A stretch of 64,000 bases of DNA from Acidobacteriota bacterium (lineage in GTDB: Bacteria; Acidobacteriota; Holophagae; Holophagales; Holophagaceae). The stretch spans positions 4,082 through 68,081 of the forward strand of contig JAJZQW010000002.1 of the NCBI GenBank assembly GCA_021802985.1, given 5' to 3'. Within the stretch, counting starts at the first letter, position 1; every line of letters starts with the position of its first letter. The notes below the pieces were generated by a model. The model was not told where the DNA came from and ran no database searches. It saw only the letters and a program-made list of their open reading frames with translations. Position numbers and translations under genes: made by a program. Positions 57,144 to 64,000 of the stretch are shown here, piece after piece.

Positions 57144-57860
57144 ATGCTCCACGATGCCCTCGCCCCCGCCCTTCCGCCCGGCTGGCCCTATGCCCGCCGG
57201 CCCATCCTTGCGTCCCTGGGCTGCCGGGAAGACCAGGTCCTCCCGGGCCTCGGCGGTGGCTGGCGCATCTGCACGCCGGGCGGCGAGGTGCCGGAAGGCG
57301 AAGCCGCTCCCCTCGGCGGCGCCTTCGGCCGCGGCGGCATCCTCCGCGTGGGCGGGACCGTGCTGCGCCCCTATCGGCGGGGCGGCTTCCTGCGGGTCCT
57401 GAACGAGCGCACCTACCGCTCCTCTCTCCGCTTCGCCGCCGAGCACGCCATCCACCGCACGCTGTGGGAAGCCGGATTCCCCACCGTGGAACCCCTGGGC
57501 TATGCCTGGCGCCCTCAGGGGTGGGGCGTCGAAGGCGTGTTCCTCACCCGTCTGGCCGAAGGCGAACCCTGGCCCCGGCACTGGGAGCTCAGCGGGCGGG
57601 TGCTGCCCCAGCTCGACCAGGCCATCGAAGCCCTCTGTACCTGGGGGCTCTGGGCTCCCGACCTGAACGCCACCAACGTCCTGCTGCCCCCGGGTGACGG
57701 CATCCTGCTGATGGACTGGGACCGGGCCCACTTCTCGCCGGGAACGGATCTGCGCCCACGCTACGCGGCCCGGTTGGCCCGGAGCTTGCGCAAGCTCGGC
57801 GCGCCGCCCGAGGCCTTCAGCCCACCAGCCCCAGCAGCAACTGGGCCAACACGATCTTGA
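57144..57860 (+). CDS. Kdo kinase / LPS kinase (KdkA-like)
   Basis: GRGG, VLRPYRRGG, DLNA.NVL, D.DR, RL.RSLRK. Confidence 0.78.
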   Translation: MLHDALAPALPPGWPYARRPILASLGCREDQVLPGLGGGWRICTPGGEVPEGEAAPLGGAFGRGGILRVGGTVLRPYRRGGFLRVLNERTYRSSLRFAAEHAIHRTLWEAGFPTVEPLGYAWRPQGWGVEGVFLTRLAEGEPWPRHWELSGRVLPQLDQAIEALCTWGLWAPDLNATNVLLPPGDGILLMDWDRAHFSPGTDLRPRYAARLARSLRKLGAPPEAFSPPAPAATGPTRS

Positions 57861-59502
57861 GGATGGTGGCCAGGGGATAGACCGTGGCGAAGCCCACGTT
57901 GGGCAGCTCGTTGCCCGTCTGGTGGCTGGCATAGCCCAGCACGACGGGCTGGGTGTGCGTGCCCGCCACAATGCCGAACATCACGTTCAGCGGGATGCGG
58001 AACAGCTTGTGGCCCACGACCATGGCCAACCCGTCCGCCAGCAGACAGATGAAGAGCGCCGAGCCGAGGAACAGCGGCAGCACGCCTGGATTGTTCGACA
58101 CGATGGTGCGGAAGCCCTCGCCGGAAATCAGGCCGATGCCCGCGGCGAAGAGCACCAGCCCGAACTGGCGGATGGTGTGGTTGGCGCCGTAGGGGAAGTT
58201 CCAGACCAGGGAACCCACGCGATGGAAGCGGCCAAGGATCAGCGCGATGGCCAGGGGCCCGCCCGCGAAGCCCAATTTGAACACCATGCCGCCGCCCAGG
58301 GGGATGGGCACCTCGCCCAGCACCAGGCCGCCCGCCAGGCCCATGGCGAAGGTGAGGAAGCTCACGTCGCTCAGTGCGTGGTAGCTGTCCCCGAAGAAGG
58401 CCTCGATGGCCTCGATGTTGTCCCGCCGCGTGGTCACGCGCACCCGGTCGCCCAGCTCCAGCACCGTGTCGCCGTCCGGCACGAACCACAGGTCCCCCCG
58501 CCGGACGCGGGTGATGATGGCCTGGTACTTTGCCACGAGATCCAGCCGCCCCAGGGGCACGCCCACCACCTCGGCCCGGGAGACGAAGATCCGCGTGGCG
58601 TCCAGGGCGCTCTGGTCCCGGTCCAGCTCCACATGGCTGCGCTCGCCGAGGAGCAGCGCGACCTGCTCCAGGTCCTCGGGCGCGCCCACCACCGTGACCA
58701 GGTCGTCCAGCTTCAGGCGGAAGTCCGGCCCCGGCAGCAGCAGCTCGGCCTTGCGCAGCACCCGGCCGAACACCACCCGGAACGCGTGGGTGGTGCAGAG
58801 ATCGTGCTTGCTGAGCGATTCGGCCTCGGGCTTCGTCACCCGCACCGTCCAGGCCTCCAGCTTGTGGTGGCCGGTGCGGTACTCCTTCAGGCCATCGGCC
58901 TCCTTCTTCAGATCCACCCGAAAGAGCCGGGGGCTGATCAGGAGGATGAGCATGGGCACCAGCACGCCGATGGGGTAGGCGATGGCCGAGGCCACCGTGG
59001 GCTGGGCAATCTCCAGCGGCCCCATGCCCGGCATGGATTTCACGCGGTCCACCACGGCCGCCAGGGCAGGCATGTTCGTGAAGCTGCCCGTCAGCAGGCC
59101 GGCCGCGTAGCGGGCGTTGAAGCCCATCGCCCGCGCCAGCAGCACCACGGCGGCCGTGGAGGTCACCATCACGATGAACACCACGGCGTTCTTCTTGATG
59201 CCCTCCCGGCTGAAGGCCGCCCAGAAGCTGTGGGCGATGGAGAGCCCCATGGCGTAGACGAACACCGCCAGGCCCAGTTCGTAGATCAGTTTCATCTCCT
59301 TGGAGAGGTCGTTCTTGACCGCCGGCTCCAGGTCCGGCCGGATGACCAGGGCCCCGAGGGCGATGCCCGCGAAGAGGATGCTGGCGATGCCGAACGAAGC
59401 CCCGGCGATGCGGATCTTGCTGATGGGATAGCCCAGGGCCACCACCGCGAAGAGCAGCAGCAGGGGATTGTGGGCGAGGAACTGGAGGCTGTGCTGGAAC
59501 AT
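57817..59502 (-). CDS. AspT/YidE/YbjL antiporter with TrkA-C domains
   Basis: Duplicated TM modules, G..TN.PAL, AYP.G, two RCK_C-like repeats, AGGPL, G.HTQP..L, VYP. Confidence 0.9.
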   Translation of the reverse strand: MFQHSLQFLAHNPLLLLFAVVALGYPISKIRIAGASFGIASILFAGIALGALVIRPDLEPAVKNDLSKEMKLIYELGLAVFVYAMGLSIAHSFWAAFSREGIKKNAVVFIVMVTSTAAVVLLARAMGFNARYAAGLLTGSFTNMPALAAVVDRVKSMPGMGPLEIAQPTVASAIAYPIGVLVPMLILLISPRLFRVDLKKEADGLKEYRTGHHKLEAWTVRVTKPEAESLSKHDLCTTHAFRVVFGRVLRKAELLLPGPDFRLKLDDLVTVVGAPEDLEQVALLLGERSHVELDRDQSALDATRIFVSRAEVVGVPLGRLDLVAKYQAIITRVRRGDLWFVPDGDTVLELGDRVRVTTRRDNIEAIEAFFGDSYHALSDVSFLTFAMGLAGGLVLGEVPIPLGGGMVFKLGFAGGPLAIALILGRFHRVGSLVWNFPYGANHTIRQFGLVLFAAGIGLISGEGFRTIVSNNPGVLPLFLGSALFICLLADGLAMVVGHKLFRIPLNVMFGIVAGTHTQPVVLGYASHQTGNELPNVGFATVYPLATILKIVLAQLLLGLVG

Positions 59503-59536
59503 GGTCGCTCCGGGCCCCGCGGGATCGGGGCGAGGC

Positions 59537-60571
59537 TCAGGTCAGTCGTTTGAGGGCCGCCACAAGGGCTTCCATCTCGGCTGGGCGCACATCCGGTAGG
59601 AACGACAACCGCACCACCGACCGCGCTTCGTCCGAAGCATACCCGAGGGTCGTGATTGCATGGCTCGGCTTCACCGCTCCGCTGTGGCAGGCGCTGCCCG
59701 TACTCACGGCGCACCCGGCCAGGTCCAGGGCCACCTGCAGCGCCTCGCCGTTCCGGCCGCGAAGCAGCAGGGTGCTGGTGTTCGGCAGGCGCGGCTGCCC
59801 CTTCCCGATCACCTCGATGTCCCGCTTCCAGCCCAGGATCTCGGCCTCCAGCCCATCCCGCAATGTGACCAACGACGCATTCAGCGATTGACGCTCCGTC
59901 AAATGGCGCACCGCCGCCGCCAGGCCCAGGATGGCCGGCAGATCCTCCGTCCCGCCGCGCCGGCGCCGCTCCTGCGGGCCCTCCATGACGGCCTCCCAGG
60001 GCAGTCCGGGCCGCATCCACAACAGGGCCGCGCCCCGGGGACCGCCCATCTTGTGGCCGCTGAACACCGCGGCATCGCAATCCGACAGATCCACGGGCAC
60101 CTTGCCCCAGGCCTGGGCGCAGTCCTTCACCCGCACGGCGCCCGGCACCTGGGGCATGACGTAGCAGATGCCCGTCTCGTTGTTCGCCGCCATCTGTACC
60201 ACCGTCGCACAGTCCCCCGGGATCTCCGGCAGCCAGGCCACCCGGGACCAGTCGCGCAGGGGGTTCAGGCAGGCGCTGTGCTCGCCGGGGAACACGGCCG
60301 CAGGGCGCTCGCCCAGGGCCGGCTGGAGGCCGCGGAGCAGCAGGTGCAGGGCCTCGGTGGCGCTGGCGCAGAAGACCAGCTCGCCCGGTGCCACCCCCAG
60401 GGACAGGGCGATCTCCCGCCGGGCCTCCTCCAGCCGGTGTCGGGCCCGCTGGCCCTCCCGGTGGGTGCTGGTGGGATTGGCCCAATCCTCCACCATGGCC
60501 CGGCGCACGGCCTCCACCGCCTCGGGATGGGGCGGCACCGAGGCGTTGGCGTCGAAGTAGAGGCGGGACAT
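59537..60571 (-). CDS. cysteine desulfurase (IscS/NifS family)
   Basis: YFDANAS, ANP.S.H, ANNETG, FSGHK.GGP.G, GGTE, STGSAC; start MSRLY. Confidence 0.9.
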   Translation of the reverse strand: MSRLYFDANASVPPHPEAVEAVRRAMVEDWANPTSTHREGQRARHRLEEARREIALSLGVAPGELVFCASATEALHLLLRGLQPALGERPAAVFPGEHSACLNPLRDWSRVAWLPEIPGDCATVVQMAANNETGICYVMPQVPGAVRVKDCAQAWGKVPVDLSDCDAAVFSGHKMGGPRGAALLWMRPGLPWEAVMEGPQERRRRGGTEDLPAILGLAAAVRHLTERQSLNASLVTLRDGLEAEILGWKRDIEVIGKGQPRLPNTSTLLLRGRNGEALQVALDLAGCAVSTGSACHSGAVKPSHAITTLGYASDEARSVVRLSFLPDVRPAEMEALVAALKRLT

Positions 60572-60620
60572 GACAGGACCATTCAACCGCGGATGTCGGC
60601 TTCCGCACGAGCACCCATGA

Positions 60621-60649
60621 TTGATTTTCGTTTTTTTTTACGCCATACT
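60621..60649 (+). promoter_or_regulatory. putative sigma70 promoter of imuB-like gene
   Basis: TTGATT-N17-CATACT with a T-tract spacer; GGAGG RBS at 60661. Confidence 0.55.
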
Positions 60650-60670
60650 TGGATCCCCCCGGAGGATCTG

Positions 60671-61816
60671 GTGCTGGCGATGTGGGTTCCCGAACTGCCC
60701 TTCCAACTGGCCTGCGGGCGGGACGGGGGACTGCGGGACCGGCCCCTGGCCTTCCTGAGCCTCGAAAGCCCGCGCACACCCAGCCTCTGGTTCGTGAACC
60801 GCCGGGGCCGCGCCGAGGGGCTGGCGCCGGGGATGCCCATGGACCAGGCCCTCCGGGCCGCGCCGGGCCTGCGGGTGCTGGACCCCTCGCCCCAGGTCTG
60901 GTGGGAGGCCCAGGCGGACCTGGGGACCTTCCTCCAGGCCTGGACGCCCCAGGGCCAGCTCCTGCGCCTGGGCGAGGCCCTGGTGGAGCTGCAGGGCACC
61001 CAGCGGCTCTTCGGGCCCCTGGCGGACACCGCCGAGCGCATGCGCCGGGAACTGGCCGAGCGGAACGGCTGGGAGAGCCACGGGGGCCTATCCCTGAGCG
61101 CCACCGCCGCCCAGCTCGCCGCCCACGTCGAGCAGCACCTGGAGCGGGTGGCAGAGGGCGCCGAGGCCGCCTTCCTGGCCCCCCAGCTCCTGCGCCGCCT
61201 GCCGGACCTGGCCCCGCGCCTGCACGATCGCTTCCGCCGCCTGGGCCTGCGCCGCTTCGGCGACCTCCAGCCCGTGCCCCTGCCCGTGCTGGCGGAGCTG
61301 ACCAACCCCAAGCTGGCGCCGGAGCTGCGGGCCCGGGTCCGCGGCGAGGACCGGCCGCGCCTCCCCCTGCTCACGGAGCGCCCCGGCCACGCCCGGCACG
61401 GCTGGCGCCTGCAGCCCCCCCGCCTGCCGGAGGAGGTGGGCCTGGCCGTGCGCTGCCTGGACTGGCTCTGGTCCGATCCCCGCCACCCCCGGACGCTGGT
61501 ACTGCGCTGGTGGGACGTGGACGGCGAGCCCCACGCCTGGCGCGCCGGACCCGATGATCTGGCGGTCCCACCCCTGGTCCTGGCCCGCCGCATCCAGCAG
61601 GCCTTCCTGGCGGGCACCCCCCGGCGCCTGCTCGTGCGCGAGGTGGAGCTGCGCCTGGCCTGGGGCCTGGGCCGCGAGCGGGCCCTCTTCGAGGATCCCC
61701 GGAACGCCAAGCTCGACCGCCTCGAACCCGCCCTCGCCCGGCTCCGCCGCCGCTTCCCCGACCAGGCCGTCCTGCCGGGGTGGATGGGGCGAGGAGTTCA
61801 CCTTGAAACAGCCTAG
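60671..61816 (+). CDS. imuB: inactive Y-family polymerase homologue (ImuB-like)
   Basis: A.WVPELPFQ, GL.PGM....A, GEALVEL.GT..LFG, LG.RRFGDL; catalytic acidic motifs absent; upstream of dnaE2. Confidence 0.72.
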   Translation: MLAMWVPELPFQLACGRDGGLRDRPLAFLSLESPRTPSLWFVNRRGRAEGLAPGMPMDQALRAAPGLRVLDPSPQVWWEAQADLGTFLQAWTPQGQLLRLGEALVELQGTQRLFGPLADTAERMRRELAERNGWESHGGLSLSATAAQLAAHVEQHLERVAEGAEAAFLAPQLLRRLPDLAPRLHDRFRRLGLRRFGDLQPVPLPVLAELTNPKLAPELRARVRGEDRPRLPLLTERPGHARHGWRLQPPRLPEEVGLAVRCLDWLWSDPRHPRTLVLRWWDVDGEPHAWRAGPDDLAVPPLVLARRIQQAFLAGTPRRLLVREVELRLAWGLGRERALFEDPRNAKLDRLEPALARLRRRFPDQAVLPGWMGRGVHLETA

Positions 61817-61830
61817 TAAAAGCCTAATAT
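61803..61830 (+). promoter_or_regulatory. putative promoter of DUF4160/DUF2442 module
   Basis: TTGAAA-N16-TAATAT containing an AGCCTA direct repeat; AAGGAG RBS at about 61833. Confidence 0.5.
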
Positions 61831-61843
61831 TAAAGGAGACCCG

Positions 61844-61936
61844 ATGACCCCCACCGTCCACCGGGAAGGGCCCTTCCGGTTCTTCTTCTACAGCCATGAA
61901 CCCCGGGAGCCACCCCATGTCCATGTCGAACCCTGA
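61844..61936 (+). pseudogene. truncated DUF4160 (HicA-like toxin) gene, 30 codons
   Basis: MTPTVHREGPFRFFFYSHEPREPPHVHVEP* matches the DUF4160 N-terminus (F.FYS.E..PPHVHV) and then stops. Confidence 0.75.
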
Positions 61937-62369
61937 CAGCCCTCGCGCCACCCACCTGTGGTTCGAGCGGGGGCGCCTGGTGGTGCAGCTCCAGGACGGT
62001 CGGGAGCTGGCCTGTCCGCTGGCCTTCTTCCCACGGCTGGTGGCGGCCTCCGCCGAAGACCTGGCGGACTGGCGCTTCATCGGCCGGGGCACGGGCATCC
62101 ACTGGCCGCGCCTGGACGAGGATCTGGCGGTCCAGGGGCTGCTGGAGGGCCGCCCTGCCCCCGCGGCAGACGCCCGAGCGAAGGCCCTGGCCCCGCGCCT
62201 GCGTGCGGCCCGCCGTCAGGCCGGCCTCACCCAGGCCCAGCTCGCCGAACGGATGGGCCGCTCCCAGGCCCTGGTGAGCCTCGCGGAGCGGGGCGGCCTG
62301 CGCATCGGAACCCCCTACCTCCACGCCGTCCTCGACGCCTGTGGCCTGCCCCGCGACTGGCAGCCCTGA
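61923..62369 (+). CDS. DUF2442 + XRE-type HTH protein (antitoxin-like)
   Basis: L.DGR.L..PL..FPRL..AS...W..IG.G.GIHWP.LDEDL.V.GLL, then LRAARRQAGLTQAQLAERMG.SQ..VS..ERG. Confidence 0.82.
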   Translation: MSNPDSPRATHLWFERGRLVVQLQDGRELACPLAFFPRLVAASAEDLADWRFIGRGTGIHWPRLDEDLAVQGLLEGRPAPAADARAKALAPRLRAARRQAGLTQAQLAERMGRSQALVSLAERGGLRIGTPYLHAVLDACGLPRDWQP

Positions 62370-62404
62370 CCGGATCCAGCAGGCTCACAACAGAGAAGAC
62401 CTTT

Positions 62405-62430
62405 CTTCGCGCCTCTGCGCCTTTGCGTTG
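62405..62430. repeat. short tandem GCGCCT(T/C)TGCG-type REP-like repeat
   Basis: CTTCGCGCCT-CTGCGCCT-TTGCGTTG in the gap before dnaE2. Confidence 0.35.
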
Positions 62431-62462
62431 AATTTCCTCTTCCCCTCCATGGATCGAGCGCC

Positions 62463-64000
62463 ATGTTCGCCCTCGGCATCTCCGATTTCAGTTCCGGTGA
62501 AGGCGTCTACCCGGCGAAGCAGCTGCTCCATCTGGCGCGGCGGCTGGGCTACCGCGACCTGGTCTGCTGGGACCGGGGGGTGGCGGGCTACCCGAAGCTG
62601 CGGGCGGAGCTGGACTGGATCCACGAGGCCCGGCGGCTGGAGGGCCTGCCCCCGGATCCGGACTGGACGGGCTTCCGCCTGCACCTGGGCGCGCGCTTCG
62701 ACTGGCGCGGGCACGCCTACGGCGCGCTGCCCGTCAGCGATGCGGGCTACGCCGCGCTCAACCGGCTGCTCTCGGCCCAGGCCCACGCGGGGCGCGACGA
62801 CCTGCCCATCCCCGGCCTCGGCGAGCCCGAACCGCCCGGCGGCTGCGTGCTGCTGGCGGAGGAGCTCGCCGGGCTGGACGCGCTGCTGCGGGAGGGGTTC
62901 TTCGGCGCCCTGCTGGCCCATCCCCGTCGCGCCCAGGAGGCGCGGCAGGCCCTGGCCGCGGGCCTGCCGGTGGTGGCACCCCAGGTGCTGCGCTTCCGCA
63001 CGGCCGAGGGCCTGGAGATGCACCGCCTGAAGCGGGCCATCGCGGCCCAGGCCACGCTGATCCGCACGGAGGCCCTGTGGGATCCCGCCGAGGCCGCCGT
63101 GCCCCACGCCGACTGGGAGGCCCGCTTCCCCTTCGGCGAGCCCGCCGTGGCGAAGGCCACCGCCGCGGTGCTGGAGCAGGTCGCCGGCTGGTCCCTCCAC
63201 TGGGGCGGCTGGGTGCTGCCGGATCCCCTGGGGCGCGAGGGCGCGGACCTGGACGCCCTCCTGCGGGAGCAGGTGTGGGCGGGCGTGGCGGCGCGGTTCC
63301 CGCATCCGGATGGCGGCGTCCTCGCCCGCATGGAACGGGAGCTGGACCTCATCGCCTTCAAGGGCTTCGCCCGCTACTTCCTGCTGGTGCAGGACATCGT
63401 GCAGGCCGCCCAGGGCGCGACGCCCCGCATCTGCGGGCGGGGCAGCGGCGCGGCCTCGCTGGTGAGCTACGCCCTGGGCCTCAGCAACGTGGATCCCGTG
63501 GCCACGAACCTGATGTTCGAGCGCTTCCTCACCAAGGAGCGCAAGGATCCGCCGGACATGGACATCGACTTCGCCTGGGACGAGCGCGATGCCGTCATCC
63601 AGAAGGTGTTCGAGCGCTACGGCCGCGACCGGGTGGCCATGGTGGCCAACCACGCCTTCTTCAAGCCCAAGGGCGCGCTGCGCGCCGTGGCCCAGGCCCA
63701 CGGGCGGCCCGACAGCGAGCTCAAGCAGCTGGCCCGCTACGTGCGCGGCTGGGAAGGCGGGCTGGAGCGCGCGGCGGAGACCCCCGCCTGGGACGCGATC
63801 CTGCGCCAGGCTGCGGCCCTGACGGGCCACTTCCACCAGTTCTCCGTGCACCCCGGCGGCACCGTCGTGACGCCCGGGCCCTTCTGGGAACACGCGGCCT
63901 TCCAACCCGCGCCCGCCAAGGCGGGCGTCTCCACCACCACCTGGGACAAGGAGGGCGTGGAGAACTACGGCCTGGTGAAGATCGATCTGCTGGGGAACCG
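62463..64000 (+). CDS. dnaE2: error-prone DNA polymerase III alpha (DnaE2-like), 3' truncated by window
   Basis: Degenerate PHP N-terminus (SDFS.GEG); YFLLV.DIV, GRGSGAASLV.YALG, MFERFL, PDMDIDF, SVHPGG, GLVKIDLLG; downstream of imuB. Not in the ORF track because it has no stop in the window. Confidence 0.88.
   Translation, partial: MFALGISDFSSGEGVYPAKQLLHLARRLGYRDLVCWDRGVAGYPKLRAELDWIHEARRLEGLPPDPDWTGFRLHLGARFDWRGHAYGALPVSDAGYAALNRLLSAQAHAGRDDLPIPGLGEPEPPGGCVLLAEELAGLDALLREGFFGALLAHPRRAQEARQALAAGLPVVAPQVLRFRTAEGLEMHRLKRAIAAQATLIRTEALWDPAEAAVPHADWEARFPFGEPAVAKATAAVLEQVAGWSLHWGGWVLPDPLGREGADLDALLREQVWAGVAARFPHPDGGVLARMERELDLIAFKGFARYFLLVQDIVQAAQGATPRICGRGSGAASLVSYALGLSNVDPVATNLMFERFLTKERKDPPDMDIDFAWDERDAVIQKVFERYGRDRVAMVANHAFFKPKGALRAVAQAHGRPDSELKQLARYVRGWEGGLERAAETPAWDAILRQAAALTGHFHQFSVHPGGTVVTPGPFWEHAAFQPAPAKAGVSTTTWDKEGVENYGLVKIDLLGN

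Noticed and set aside
60620-60645. LexA box in the imuB promoter
   Set aside because: TTTCG-T-tract-TACG does not convincingly match GTTC-N7-GTTC, CTGT-N8-ACAG or GAAC-N4-GTTC; an operator cannot be supported.
59660-60670. N-terminal 337 aa of the 718-aa track ORF as part of ImuB
   Set aside because: It is antisense to the cysteine desulfurase; a promoter and RBS support a start at GTG 60671.

Overview
This is a GC-rich (roughly 65-70% by eye) bacterial chromosomal segment. Gene content and order (futalosine mqnA, bshC/bshB1, split rdgC pair, pilMNOPQ, tilS-ftsH-folP-glmM) suggest Acidobacteriota, possibly Holophagae/Geothrix-like; that is inference, not a search result. Most of it is housekeeping: thiL-DUF2062-ybaB-recR, pilMNOPQ, gatA, an E2 acyltransferase, dnaB, fabZ-lpxA-era, trpS, tilS-ftsH-folP-glmM-ftsW, and tRNA-Thr(CGT) and tRNA-Lys(CTT). 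Items worth follow-up: (1) an AT-rich single-gene island beside the tRNA-Thr 3' end encoding a SIR2 + STAND NTPase + TPR protein, an Avs5-like NLR-type anti-phage candidate; (2) a ~300-nt non-coding region (42090-42395) with many nested and mutually exclusive helices, a candidate structured RNA I cannot assign to a known family; (3) an imuB-dnaE2 cassette with no adjacent imuA, interrupted by a DUF4160/DUF2442-HTH module whose first gene is cut to 30 codons; (4) an alkylation-repair cluster with an internally deleted ada-alkA and three Ogt homologues, one with Cys replaced by Ser; (5) several enzymes with substituted catalytic residues (a CehA/McbA-like lipoprotein, a thiolase, and the carrier domain of an Aas-like protein). 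No CRISPR array, rRNA, transposase or intact integrase was seen. All family calls come from motif recognition by eye, with no database searches.
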